Virus record (IMG/VR): IMGVR_UViG_3300029288_005873
Coordinates: 128,001-192,000 of that record
Length of the DNA stretch: 64,000 nucleotides
Source of the DNA: a virus
Taxonomy: Duplodnaviria; Caudoviricetes
Strand: one strand, 5' to 3'
Part shown: positions 38,580 to 48,347 of the stretch, piece by piece
Layout of the letters: the number at the start of each line of letters is the position of its first letter
Position numbering within the stretch: position 1 is the stretch's first letter
The notes under the pieces: model-generated
Databases searched by the model: none
What the model was told of the DNA's origin: nothing
The model's input: the letters and a program-made list of their open reading frames with translations, nothing else
Position numbers and translations under genes: made by a program

Positions 38580-39004
38580 CGTTTCCTCGGTATTGTGCGT
38601 AGCACAATCAGCTTCTTACATCTAACTTTACCCTCGTTCCTCATAATCAGCGAGGCACTTGGTACGCATACGACATCCCTTGGATAAACAAGTACCTCAA
38701 CAATGCGCATGCGATTAACTGGGTCGCAAAAAGCACGCCTAAAACTGTTGGCAAAACGCAACGACCCAACATGTAGACCCTCACCGCAATCCATGTGTGT
38801 TGACCTATCATACTTGTTACATTTTACAACAGTTCCCGGCTTATATGCCCCCATATCATATTCGGGTCTATCACGGTAATACCAGCTTCCAAAATCCCAT
38901 CTAACCGCCTTATACATAACGAGACATTCATTCCCGTTGACAATGCGCGTTTCGATATGATACTTTTCAATGAATTTTTTCAGTCTTGTGTTTGTGTTGT
39001 CCAT
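38576..39004 (-). CDS. Hypothetical protein, tandem paralog A
   Basis: MYKAVRWDFGSW..YKPGT..C..YD....CGEGLH..IVEVLV.PRD.VCVP..GKVRC. Confidence 0.75.
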   Translation of the reverse strand: MDNTNTRLKKFIEKYHIETRIVNGNECLVMYKAVRWDFGSWYYRDRPEYDMGAYKPGTVVKCNKYDRSTHMDCGEGLHVGSLRFANSFRRAFCDPVNRMRIVEVLVYPRDVVCVPSASLIMRNEGKVRCKKLIVLRTIPRKR

Positions 39005-39507
39005 ACATTATCCAGAAGTTGGGAAGAGTCGGTAATCTCTTTACGAAGCCATGACTTACCACTCCATTTGTAAAAAGACGTACCACCATTCCAGCTAATT
39101 GCTTTTCTACCAATCAGTCTGCTAACAATCAACCTGCGACACCTTACTTTTCCTCCAGCAAAAGGAACGCACACAATATCTCTAGGTCTAACCAATATCT
39201 CCACAATCAAAGGTGCTCGTTTCCCTGCAAATTGTGAGGCAAAACGCAAGGTAGACACATGAAGTCCTTTGCCACAATCTTTGTATCGACTGGTATCAAA
39301 CACGCTACATTCTACTAGTGTTCCCGGACGATATGCTCCTTTTGACGACGATCCAACATGCCACGATCCAAAATCTTTTCTAACAGCTTTATACATGACA
39401 AAATAATCTTCGTCATCATACCGCACTGTTTTTATACTATTGTTATGTACAAAATCGCGTAAACCGTTAATCCATCTCATATCAAACCTTATCTTCCACT
39501 GGTTCAA
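38980..39507 (-). CDS. Hypothetical protein, tandem paralog B
   Basis: MYKAVRKDFGSW..YRPGT..C..FD....CGKGLH..IVEILV.PRD.VCVP..GKVRC. Confidence 0.75.
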   Translation of the reverse strand: MNQWKIRFDMRWINGLRDFVHNNSIKTVRYDDEDYFVMYKAVRKDFGSWHVGSSSKGAYRPGTLVECSVFDTSRYKDCGKGLHVSTLRFASQFAGKRAPLIVEILVRPRDIVCVPFAGGKVRCRRLIVSRLIGRKAISWNGGTSFYKWSGKSWLRKEITDSSQLLDNVWTTQTQD

Positions 39508-39676
39508 TTAGGATGGCTGGACACTCTTCTGGTCCATCCCAATTGTATCCAGGGGTCATCAGTGCGCCAGTTGGCTTAGCTGCCAAAGCAAACAGTTTCC
39601 TTCTCCCGAAAACAACAACGATTTGTTCCTTATCCTCAATGGTATCAAGATGCTCCATAAGTTCACGCACCGTCAT
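39482..39676 (-). CDS. Small hypothetical protein (MTVRELMEHL)
   Basis: N-terminus typical of small phage ORFs. Confidence 0.6.
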   Translation of the reverse strand: MTVRELMEHLDTIEDKEQIVVVFGRRKLFALAAKPTGALMTPGYNWDGPEECPAILIEPVEDKV

Positions 39677-40424
39677 TTTGTTTCCTTTTCATAGTCGGAT
39701 GTTCTGAATACTGGAGCAATGCCTTAACCTCGACAGTTTCCATTTCAGGCCATCGTAGAGCTGTAAGTTTTCCACCAAACACACAGGATGTATCGATGCC
39801 AACTGTGCGATGTTCAATACGAACTTCTTTGATGGGTTGATGACCATAGACGATCCATGGGGAATTACTGGAAGGTTTCCGCTGTACTGCCCAGTCAATC
39901 CTGTCTGGAAGACCATTCGGCAAAATTTTCCCAGTTGTAGGTCCGTATAGACACCATGACCTCAAAAGACCGCTGCCCGATTTCTCAGTCTCCAAACCAT
40001 CTTTCCAAGCGGCATGGACACAAATTAGTTTACCTTCATCTAGGATAAGGTATTGGGGCAGCGAATTGAGAAATTCGGCAACCTGCTTTTTGTTGATACC
40101 TGACTGCTCAAATTCTCGAACAGTTTTAGAGAGACCGTGACTTTGCCGTACGTCACGACCCATTGCCCAACGGCGCAATTTATCACAATGATTCCCAAGC
40201 ACCCAGAATGCATAGCCTTTTTCCACCATCAACTTAGTATAAGCATAGCATGCTAGAGAATACGGACCACGGTCAGTAATATCTCCAAGAAATACTATTT
40301 TACGTCCATCACTCGGCTTATGAACTGCTCCAGAATCATCCCATTTATGACCGAGGAGATCCATCAAAGTAGATAGCTCTTGCCAACATCCGTGGAGATC
40401 TCCAATAATATCAAGTAGTTCCAT
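39663..40424 (-). CDS. Metallophosphoesterase (Pnkp-phosphatase/PrpE-like)
   Basis: IGDLHGC, FLGDITDRGP, LGNH, VHA, LYG.TTG, YGH, IDTSCVFGGKLTALRWPE. Confidence 0.9.
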   Translation of the reverse strand: MELLDIIGDLHGCWQELSTLMDLLGHKWDDSGAVHKPSDGRKIVFLGDITDRGPYSLACYAYTKLMVEKGYAFWVLGNHCDKLRRWAMGRDVRQSHGLSKTVREFEQSGINKKQVAEFLNSLPQYLILDEGKLICVHAAWKDGLETEKSGSGLLRSWCLYGPTTGKILPNGLPDRIDWAVQRKPSSNSPWIVYGHQPIKEVRIEHRTVGIDTSCVFGGKLTALRWPEMETVEVKALLQYSEHPTMKRKQNDGA

Positions 40425-40434
40425 CGTTCTTCTT

Positions 40435-41052
40435 TCAGGGCTCGCACTTTGGACAGTGCTTATACACTGGTCCCATCCCAGGATCTTTTAATGGACAGCC
40501 ACAAGCTGCGCAAATCATTGCATCTGGACGCGTATTTGCGACTTTGAGGTTCACTTGTCCAACCTCCTGTCCAATATTCCTGTACAATGTACCATCGAAT
40601 ATCCAGCCCTCATTGTTTTTGAAACAGATTCTATTTGTTCCAGAAAGATGAGCGCCACAAGAGGATTCAAACGGCCAACCTTCTTTGTTATTATAACATT
40701 TACACTGTTCTATTGTATGTAATCCTTTTGGCATTTTAAGATCAATTGTTTCATATTCGTTTCCAATTTCGGGCAATGGGAACTTATCTCCCCGTTTAAC
40801 TTCTATAGTTTTTGGACCTCGAACAAGAACAAATAGTGGGGGATTGCCTTCAGGTTGACCATAGGCTCTTCCGTCCGACAAAAGGATTACGAATTGGTAG
40901 TCATATGTATTTAATTTTACATAACATATACACTCTTTTTCCGATAGTATAACATCCTCAACCAATGATTCTCTCAAACTTGTGTACGGATCACTTTCTG
41001 AAAGAACGTTTTTAGGATTAGGTTTTACTATGTCGCCCTTCCATGGGATCAT
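40435..41052 (-). CDS. Modular protein with C-terminal Zn ribbon (CPKCEP family)
   Basis: IPWKGDIVKPNP...CAACGCPL...HCPKCEP. Confidence 0.65.
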   Translation of the reverse strand: MIPWKGDIVKPNPKNVLSESDPYTSLRESLVEDVILSEKECICYVKLNTYDYQFVILLSDGRAYGQPEGNPPLFVLVRGPKTIEVKRGDKFPLPEIGNEYETIDLKMPKGLHTIEQCKCYNNKEGWPFESSCGAHLSGTNRICFKNNEGWIFDGTLYRNIGQEVGQVNLKVANTRPDAMICAACGCPLKDPGMGPVYKHCPKCEP

Positions 41053-41597
41053 GTGTCTTTCTCCAAAACCTGTAGAACCTTGTTTGACTGCCAAAAATCT
41101 TCCACACTTCCCTCGTTTGCCCACCATGGTCGCATCGATGGCTGGATAATTACCGAAGGTTCATGGAATAGGATATTTCCAGGACCAAACCTATATCCGT
41201 TGTCGTCTTTAGTCCTGATGACAAGGATGTTGTCCTCCGTTCCCTCGAACCGTCTCCCTAGACGTCTCAGAACGTTTCGTACAGCAATATCCTGGATGTG
41301 GGTCGAAAAAGCTTCCTGGATAGAATAGTCGCATCCGCATGTCACATTTGTCGGAGCATTATCGATACATTCTCCGAAGGAACATATGAAGTCAACGTCA
41401 TCTGGATGTACCGATAGGTACCTGAAGTACGCCTCTTCATAGAACTCACGGCATGCGTCCACAAACTCCAGCTCCCTCAAACCATCCGTCCAAGCAAGGC
41501 GCCAATTCTCCTTGCCAAACTTCTCATTTAGTTCGCGGACTTTCTCATCCCGTCTTCGTCCGAAAAATCCAGGGCGCCCGCAGGGGTTCCATTTCAT
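41049..41597 (-). CDS. Hypothetical protein
   Basis: AGGAG RBS; RPG.FG, HIQDIAVR, SVEDFWQSNK. Confidence 0.75.
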   Translation of the reverse strand: MKWNPCGRPGFFGRRRDEKVRELNEKFGKENWRLAWTDGLRELEFVDACREFYEEAYFRYLSVHPDDVDFICSFGECIDNAPTNVTCGCDYSIQEAFSTHIQDIAVRNVLRRLGRRFEGTEDNILVIRTKDDNGYRFGPGNILFHEPSVIIQPSMRPWWANEGSVEDFWQSNKVLQVLEKDT

Positions 41598-41621
41598 AGC
41601 TTTCTCCTACCGCGAACGAAA

Positions 41622-41662
41622 AAAACGTCCGCGGAAATTTTTCGCTGCATTAACGCGCGATC
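41622..41662. repeat. Dispersed intergenic element, copy 2
   Basis: AAAACGTCCGCGGAAATTTTTCGCTGCATTAACGCGCGATC; 38/41 identical to copy 1. Confidence 0.9.
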
Positions 41663-41678
41663 TATAATTAGATATAAA

Positions 41679-42119
41679 TCAACATCCAGGAAGTGGTGTT
41701 ATAGGTCCACCACCAAGAAACTCGATAGTTATCCTATTCTCTGGATGACCATCTCCAAGTAATTTATATATTGTATCTGCCAATTCCTTAACACTACCTA
41801 CGATTGATAGTATTCCACCTGGAAAATGGACAGCAGCCCACGGATGTCTGCTATGAAAAATCTGACATTCACATCTATAATCAGATGGTGGATTTGACAG
41901 AATCTTGACGTGAAAATCCTCTTCGAATTTGGGCAAATTATCTGGCCAGATCCCGATGCGGATCGGTAGAGCGTTAATCATGCCCAAAACTTCCTTGACC
42001 CCTGGATGAAAAGATTTTCCGTAGGTCTCATCATCCTCGGCTGCCCAAAAGTCTAGCGTCCGAAGGGCTCTCATAGCTTTGATACGGTCGCTGCGGATCC
42101 TTTCAAGCATAATGATCAT
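41679..42119 (-). CDS. Hypothetical protein
   Basis: ORF, ATGA coupling. Confidence 0.6.
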   Translation of the reverse strand: MIIMLERIRSDRIKAMRALRTLDFWAAEDDETYGKSFHPGVKEVLGMINALPIRIGIWPDNLPKFEEDFHVKILSNPPSDYRCECQIFHSRHPWAAVHFPGGILSIVGSVKELADTIYKLLGDGHPENRITIEFLGGGPITPLPGC

Positions 42120-42556
42120 TGATCAATTTCCTTATTGAGGAGATCTAGGACCCTATCATATGCATTACGCACATTCTCAGCGGCAGCCTCTAGCTCTTTA
42201 ATGTCCTCAGGTCGCCCATGGAAACTCCCCATATGAGGAATAGTACAAGTGGAAACAGGGGATGGCATTTTTGCGCCGACCACAATACTGTGCCTCCCCC
42301 CCGGGGCGCCCCACGCTTCTACGGTCCAGTAACAAGATTCATCCGAGAAATGGAGTTTAGGTTCGCATTTGTATGATGCACATCTATCCTCATCATACTT
42401 AACACGAATGTCTCCATTCTTTATTGTGATTGGAGCGTTCGGAAAATCATTACTCCAGGCATCCTCAATCGCCTTTGCTATCTCAGATAGTTTGGGAGGA
42501 CACATTTGAAGGACATCTTCCTGCTTTCGTACAAACCTTTTCATCTCATTCTCCAA
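42116..42556 (-). CDS. Hypothetical protein, paralog of 43213-43668
   Basis: MKRFVRKQEDV..PPK.SE..AIEDAW...DIKELEAAAE. Confidence 0.72.
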   Translation of the reverse strand: MENEMKRFVRKQEDVLQMCPPKLSEIAKAIEDAWSNDFPNAPITIKNGDIRVKYDEDRCASYKCEPKLHFSDESCYWTVEAWGAPGGRHSIVVGAKMPSPVSTCTIPHMGSFHGRPEDIKELEAAAENVRNAYDRVLDLLNKEIDQ

Positions 42557-42849
42557 TCCGCCAATGCGTATGCCCTATTGCCATCCTGGTCTAGAAACTC
42601 TTCTTCAAGGCGGTCAAAAGGTGTATCAATAGTAGCGACCATGACATGAACAACTTGACCAGAAAGCGGCAATTTACAAGCAAGATCGAATGTCTTCCAA
42701 AAATCACTAGCCGATTTCGCTTCCTGGATTTTGCGTTCATACCATGTGGAACCTATTGACATACGCCAAGCGTAACGGTAACGGTAACCAATCCATAAGC
42801 GCCTGAGCGCCTTGAAGGCAGTTTTTTCGGTTTCAGTTAGTTCTTTCAT
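42541..42849 (-). CDS. Hypothetical protein
   Basis: ORF in gene run. Confidence 0.6.
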   Translation of the reverse strand: MKELTETEKTAFKALRRLWIGYRYRYAWRMSIGSTWYERKIQEAKSASDFWKTFDLACKLPLSGQVVHVMVATIDTPFDRLEEEFLDQDGNRAYALADWRMR

Positions 42850-43253
42850 AGATGGTAGTTCCTACACGCCTTGTTAACACAATAGAACTTGAAGACCAGG
42901 TCCTCACCAGATGATCCGCAGATTGGACATTTGGAATTTTGTTTTACCATATGTATTGGTACTCTCCACCAATCTTTGCTATGAGGACAAGATCTTTCTG
43001 TCCCACCTGATATATCATTCACAATTCTTGTTGAACAGCAAGGATCATCATAATCAAATGAGGTCAAAGTATGAATATCAAAAGCACCATCATGATCAAT
43101 TATGCGCGTTACATAATGGTGCTGAAGTGGGTTGTCAACAACCTCTTGGACCGACTCAACATCTATTTTGGGCGATACTTCTTTAATTTCATTCCTTATT
43201 TTTTTCAACAAATCAGACATTGTCCACATTGCTTGGTGCCTCGCATGCTTCAC
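42846..43253 (-). CDS. Protein with C-terminal Zn ribbon
   Basis: CPICGSSG....FYCVNKACRNY. Confidence 0.6.
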   Translation of the reverse strand: MKHARHQAMWTMSDLLKKIRNEIKEVSPKIDVESVQEVVDNPLQHHYVTRIIDHDGAFDIHTLTSFDYDDPCCSTRIVNDISGGTERSCPHSKDWWRVPIHMVKQNSKCPICGSSGEDLVFKFYCVNKACRNYHL

Positions 43254-43668
43254 TTTTAAGCAACTCTTGGACTTTTGTATAAGCCCTCTTTAACTCCTCT
43301 GCCGCAGCCTCGAGTTCCTTGATGTCATCCACATGCCCAAGGAATTCTCCCATATCTAAAATATAGCATTTTGCTAGTGGATAAGAAATCTTTGGTCCAA
43401 TTACAATTGGATTTTCCACTGTCACCGGAATACTATCGCAACTATATGCGAAGACAGTCCAGAAACATTTTCCATCTGCGAACCTCAGACTCGGCTTGTC
43501 CTTATATGTCACATATCTGTTACCACATTGTACTAGAATACCATCCTTCATCCTGATATCGACGCCTTTAATATCCTTCCAGGCATCTTCGATAGCCTTA
43601 ACAACCTCTGATGGTTTGGGCGGCTTGACATATGGGACATCCTCTTGCCTTCGCACGAATCTCTTCAT
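43213..43668 (-). CDS. Hypothetical protein, paralog of 42116-42556
   Basis: MKRFVRRQEDV..PPK.SE..AIEDAW...DIKELEAAAE. Confidence 0.72.
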   Translation of the reverse strand: MKRFVRRQEDVPYVKPPKPSEVVKAIEDAWKDIKGVDIRMKDGILVQCGNRYVTYKDKPSLRFADGKCFWTVFAYSCDSIPVTVENPIVIGPKISYPLAKCYILDMGEFLGHVDDIKELEAAAEELKRAYTKVQELLKSEACEAPSNVDNV

Positions 43669-45047
43669 TTCCCCTCCAATTTGTCAAGCATCGAATCGAT
43701 GTTGTCATCATGGTTAATCTCACCCTCAACTAGCATTTTATCCAGCTTTTGGCGCAATTCGCCAACCTCTGGTCCTGGCTTGAGACCAAACCGAACGATG
43801 ATTGCGTTTCCAATTCCTGCTGGCAGTTTGGGTCTTAGGTCTTCTTCACGCATTTGACCAAGAGCCTCAACAAGCGCAGTATGTTGTGCTGCTACAAGAC
43901 CGCGCCTAGTCTCCTTTGCGGATGAACAGTCGGCGCCGAATAGGTCAATTAGATCTTCGATACGGCAATCACGCTCCTCGCATTCGCGAGCAAGGCGACG
44001 TAGAACACGCATACTCACTGTCCTGTTATCCTCCATTGCAGCTGACACACGCTGGTGTAGGAATACCAGACCTCGTATTGAACGCCGACGTTCATTAGAC
44101 ATCTTAAATCTTCGGGCAATTTCATTGGCGACCTCGGAACCAATCGAATCATGTCCAAGGAAATGGAGTTTGCCGTCTCGCACTCCCTCTGTTTGTGGCT
44201 TCGCGATATCGTGTAGGAGTGCAGCCCATCTGGCATTAGGTCGCGGTGGAATCCTATCCACAACCACTTTTGTATGATACCAAAGATCCTTATGTGCTTT
44301 AGTGCGCAGCTGGCTTACCTGCCATACAGCAAGCATCTCTGGGATCATCAACCACATAAGACCAGTTTTCGCAAGTAGTTCTATTCCATTCTGAACATGA
44401 TTGCCAACTAGTAGCTTATCCATCTCATCCAGCCATCTTTCTCGGCTAACAGATAGGATGTTATTCCTAAGCTCCACTATTGTATCACCCGTGTCCCTGT
44501 CAAGTTCAAATCCAAATTTGGACGCAAATCTGACAGCCCTTAGCATACGAAGAGGGTCTTCCGACAACCTGGCATGTGGATTACCAGTACAAGCAATACG
44601 CTTTGCTTTTAGATCTCCTTGACCGTCGAATGGATCGATTAGCTGTCCATCTGCCGACAATGCCATTGAATTGAATCTAAAGTCGCGCCTCTGCAGATCA
44701 GTGACAAGATCATCTGTGAATACCACATCAGGATGTCTGCCATCAGTAAGATCTCTGCGGAACGTAGTGATTTCTACCTGCTGCCCGTCAACTAACTTGG
44801 CTGCAATAGTTCCAAACTTCTCCCCAAGAGGCCAAACTACAGTGACCAAATCACTTACACTATTGAGTATTTCAGTTGTTTCCTGTGGTCTTGCGTTCGT
44901 TGTAAAATCAAAATCCTTGGGTTCTAGCCCCATAACCTGGTCACGAACACAGCCTCCTACTAGATATAGTTTACAACCATGTACGGCGAAAGCATCAGAA
45001 AGCCGTGTAAAAATCGACTCTTGCCATTTCATAGCTTCATTCTCCAT
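43665..45047 (-). CDS. cca: CCA-adding tRNA nucleotidyltransferase (class II) with HD domain
   Basis: LVGGCVRD..DFDF, EITTFR, DLQRRDFRFN, EDPLRMLRAVRF, LLHDIAKP. Confidence 0.92.
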   Translation of the reverse strand: MENEAMKWQESIFTRLSDAFAVHGCKLYLVGGCVRDQVMGLEPKDFDFTTNARPQETTEILNSVSDLVTVVWPLGEKFGTIAAKLVDGQQVEITTFRRDLTDGRHPDVVFTDDLVTDLQRRDFRFNSMALSADGQLIDPFDGQGDLKAKRIACTGNPHARLSEDPLRMLRAVRFASKFGFELDRDTGDTIVELRNNILSVSRERWLDEMDKLLVGNHVQNGIELLAKTGLMWLMIPEMLAVWQVSQLRTKAHKDLWYHTKVVVDRIPPRPNARWAALLHDIAKPQTEGVRDGKLHFLGHDSIGSEVANEIARRFKMSNERRRSIRGLVFLHQRVSAAMEDNRTVSMRVLRRLARECEERDCRIEDLIDLFGADCSSAKETRRGLVAAQHTALVEALGQMREEDLRPKLPAGIGNAIIVRFGLKPGPEVGELRQKLDKMLVEGEINHDDNIDSMLDKLEGK

Positions 45048-45170
45048 GTTTCTCTATAAACTGTCACCAGTCACCAGAAAAAATTCTAAAAACCCTTGAC
45101 ACTATATCAATAATCAGATATTTGTACATAGCATCATTGATACAATCTGTGGTTTACGGAGTGTGAACTA

Positions 45171-45968
45171 ATGAACCTAGTTGGACATAGATACGGATCA
45201 TTAATTATTATCGAGGAGATTCCAGGAGGTAAAGGAAAAGCTCGAATGGTCAAGTGTCAATGCGACTGCGGCAACATCATAACCATTAGGAAATACAGTC
45301 TATCTTCTGGAAAGAAAATCCCTTCGTGTGGTTGCTGCCGCCTACACAAATACGATGATCTGATTGGTCGCAAATTTGGAAAATTGGTTGTCCTAGAACT
45401 TTCCTCAAGGCAAGATTGTAATGGACATATTCATCGAATAGCAAAATGTCAATGCGATTGCGGCAAAACGACAATGTCATATCTATCTAGTCTACTACAT
45501 AGAAATGTACATTCGTGCGGATGCGACCACAATTATGGGCTGACCTCTGGAGCAAACAGTAACTTCTTTACTGGATCTGGAAAAATCAGTGGCACTTTGA
45601 TAGGTCTTTCTAAACAAAATGCAAAAAAGCACAACTTGGAATTTACTATTGATCTCCAATATTTATGTAATCTATTTGAAAAGCAGAAAGGTCGGTGTGC
45701 CTTTACTGGAGTCCAACTTGTCACTTGCGGTTCTAGACGTAAGATTACAGCATCTCTAGACAGGATTGATCCTACTAAAGGCTATATTCCTGACAATGTA
45801 CAATGGGTTCACAAAATTGTGAACGCAATGCGAAATGCTTTCAGTATCAACTGTTTCAAACAAGTGTGTCTGCTTGTGGCACAGCAACAGGGCTGGTATC
45901 CCCATGATGTTAGCAGTTTGCCAAATCCTGAACTACCGCCAGAATCTCGTCTATACAAAAACAAGTGA
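45171..45968 (+). CDS. HNH-like homing endonuclease
   Basis: Two CQCDCG...SCGC modules; CAFTG...SLDRIDPTKGYIPDNVQWVHKIVN. Confidence 0.88.
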   Translation: MNLVGHRYGSLIIIEEIPGGKGKARMVKCQCDCGNIITIRKYSLSSGKKIPSCGCCRLHKYDDLIGRKFGKLVVLELSSRQDCNGHIHRIAKCQCDCGKTTMSYLSSLLHRNVHSCGCDHNYGLTSGANSNFFTGSGKISGTLIGLSKQNAKKHNLEFTIDLQYLCNLFEKQKGRCAFTGVQLVTCGSRRKITASLDRIDPTKGYIPDNVQWVHKIVNAMRNAFSINCFKQVCLLVAQQQGWYPHDVSSLPNPELPPESRLYKNK

Positions 45969-45980
45969 TATACTCTATTT

Positions 45981-46535
45981 CTATTTTGCCAAGTTCTCTC
46001 TAAGCATCGCACAGAATAATTCGCCTTGTTCGATAGCATCATCGAGAGCTATATGTGTGTGGCGCGACTGACCAAACCATCGTTTCGGCATACGTCGTTT
46101 GGTAGAATCCCGATAAGGGATTTTCAACATAGCCATGGCATATGTCTTCACATCAATTGCCGAAAACGAAAACGGACTTTGTCCTGTAAACTTAATTAAG
46201 TACCAATAAAGAAACATGAAATCATATCCAACTGGATAACAAACACACACAACCCTACCAGATAAACCTCTAATCCATTTAGAATAAAGTTCCATTGCGA
46301 GTGATGGTGGCAAAATATTCTCACGACAAGCTTCCCAAGCTTTACCTTGAGTAGCCCACCACTTCATAGTATCAGGATCGCCTACCGCTCCTTCAAGTGT
46401 CTCTAGGTTGGCGGAAAATGTCGATACTAGTTTTCCATCTTCAGAGAAGGCAGCTGACCCAATACTTAGCATAGAATTGGGTCCTGGGATCGGCCCATCT
46501 GACTCTATGTCTGTACTAACGTAGATCTCGCTCAT
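45981..46535 (-). CDS. DEDDh 3'-5' exonuclease (RNase AS-like)
   Basis: [26 protein letters not shown]. Confidence 0.88.
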   Translation of the reverse strand: MSEIYVSTDIESDGPIPGPNSMLSIGSAAFSEDGKLVSTFSANLETLEGAVGDPDTMKWWATQGKAWEACRENILPPSLAMELYSKWIRGLSGRVVCVCYPVGYDFMFLYWYLIKFTGQSPFSFSAIDVKTYAMAMLKIPYRDSTKRRMPKRWFGQSRHTHIALDDAIEQGELFCAMLRENLAK

Positions 46536-46569
46536 TTGAATCTATACTCCAATTTTATACGCATCAACT

Positions 46570-46815
46570 CTAGGAGTTTCGATCGCTCCGTTCCAGTATA
46601 GTTATCAGCTTTGTCACAATTCTCGATCTTATTTCGCACGCTATATTGTCAAGTTTTGTCATCTTGTCCAATATATTATTGTACAACTTTGTACCAGGAT
46701 TACAGCGACGCAGACGTTTAAATAGCCTGATGTATTGTATGCTGGGCAATTCATCAAGACCGTCCCAAAGCTCCAGCTCCTTGGTGAGCCAATCTGTAAT
46801 GCTTGCTTTACTCAT
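46570..46815 (-). CDS. Hypothetical protein
   Basis: ORF in gene run. Confidence 0.55.
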   Translation of the reverse strand: MSKASITDWLTKELELWDGLDELPSIQYIRLFKRLRRCNPGTKLYNNILDKMTKLDNIACEIRSRIVTKLITILERSDRNS

Positions 46816-46816
46816 C

Positions 46817-47422
46817 CTAGATCCCTCTCTGCGCCAAAATTGAATTCATGACCTTGCCCTCAGATTCGCATACCATTTCAAGGCAATCAAAAATCTCATT
46901 TTCGGACCAACGTTCATGTACAAATGACAACACAAGTCTTTCGTTGGATCCAGCGTCGCTGAAAAACTTTGTCCACACCGGCAGTAGGTCCGCATTTTCA
47001 GCGGTTCTATGATTCATTAGAAGTCTGTACCTATCTTTTCCACGCGCATAGGATACAGCCTGTACACACAGGATCTTTAGAAGATCTTCCTTTTTCATAT
47101 TGCCAACAAGGACAAGACTTATCCCAGCCGAATTATACATAGAGTCGAAATAGAACGATCTCCTGTTTGTTTCTGGCACATCTACTACAGAAGCAAGGTC
47201 ATTGTACTGTCTATTATGTACATTTAGTAGCGGTACAAAGATTGGATCAAGATTATATAGATGTAAAGCCTCCATCTTGATCTCAGAAAAAAGTTGGCGC
47301 AAATATCTACACGACTGGGCTTGGCGTACTGCATATGCTCTTACGTCTGTCATCCTTACCCATTCGTCTGGGGTCTTTGATATTTTACACAGATAATCTT
47401 TACGCCCACTCATCTTTTTCAT
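46817..47422 (-). CDS. Hypothetical protein
   Basis: ORF, GAGG RBS. Confidence 0.65.
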   Translation of the reverse strand: MKKMSGRKDYLCKISKTPDEWVRMTDVRAYAVRQAQSCRYLRQLFSEIKMEALHLYNLDPIFVPLLNVHNRQYNDLASVVDVPETNRRSFYFDSMYNSAGISLVLVGNMKKEDLLKILCVQAVSYARGKDRYRLLMNHRTAENADLLPVWTKFFSDAGSNERLVLSFVHERWSENEIFDCLEMVCESEGKVMNSILAQRGI

Positions 47423-47456
47423 AGTTTTCCTCGAAGTTTAGTCGAATGGTGCTTGT

Positions 47457-48347
47457 CTACCTAACTTTCTTTATTATGGCATAATGGTCAGTGATATTTG
47501 AACGGTTGTCAACTTTATGGTATCTATGTGTTACACGATAGATACCAGGTTCGACATTAATTACACAATCAAACCTTGTGACCGCTTCTCCATTGCGTCG
47601 CCTTGCCAGATCATCGTGATCGGCAAGTGAATACCACCAAAGATCAGTTCCAATTCCGCCAACACGCTCTCCAGGAGGATCTTTATTTTCATAGGTCTTT
47701 TTGTCGTAACGACATTGCGAAATCGTCAACCTGCCATCAGCAAGCCTGAATACACCTGGACATGTATTGCCCACAAAACCATGTGCCATTCCACGTTTTG
47801 CGTAAAACATGAATACTTGGCGCTGCCCCCATTCTGTATTCACGTTGAATTTGAATGATTCAAGTTTCTTTCCGAATGAAAAACCATCAGAAATACTATC
47901 TGGAGCTTCTGGCTCATATTCATCACGAAAGTCATTACCAGCAACAATCTTTCCAGACGGAACAGCAAACCGCATAGAATATTCTGGCAATCCATCAGGA
48001 TAAGGACATACAGTTTCGGATCCGAAAACCTTGCCATCAAAGGTAATGCCGATTTTTCTGCCACATATGTAGCATATATCTAAACAAGTTTTGCCAAAGC
48101 GAAGAGGTTTCTCTGCGCGCTCTGCGTTTCTTGTCGCCTCAGTCACTAGACGGATGTCCTCTACAGAGTTATTACGATCAGCCATCCATAAATCGGCAAC
48201 TTTATCTTTACGGTAGTAGTCAGAAACGCTACCTCGTAGATTGTGTCCTCCTAGTTCGAAGATAAAATGCTCTAGGCGCCCACGCGCTAATCTCTCTAAC
48301 TCATACGAGAGATCCATTTTCTCCCGGTCTATTTTTCTTGGCATCAA
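47457..48347 (-). CDS. Hypothetical protein (HGFVGNTCP, TDLWWYS)
   Basis: Long ORF coupled to upstream stop. Confidence 0.7.
   Translation of the reverse strand: MMPRKIDREKMDLSYELERLARGRLEHFIFELGGHNLRGSVSDYYRKDKVADLWMADRNNSVEDIRLVTEATRNAERAEKPLRFGKTCLDICYICGRKIGITFDGKVFGSETVCPYPDGLPEYSMRFAVPSGKIVAGNDFRDEYEPEAPDSISDGFSFGKKLESFKFNVNTEWGQRQVFMFYAKRGMAHGFVGNTCPGVFRLADGRLTISQCRYDKKTYENKDPPGERVGGIGTDLWWYSLADHDDLARRRNGEAVTRFDCVINVEPGIYRVTHRYHKVDNRSNITDHYAIIKKVR

Noticed and set aside
45096-45146. Sigma70 promoter for the plus-strand HNH gene
   Set aside because: TTGACA is present at 45096, but there is no good -10 hexamer at 16-18 bp spacing (TACAAT is too far downstream)
2520-45968. Homing endonucleases as intron- or intein-encoded genes
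   Set aside because: Flanking genes look complete, four of six endonucleases are antisense, and there is too little flanking space for an intron core
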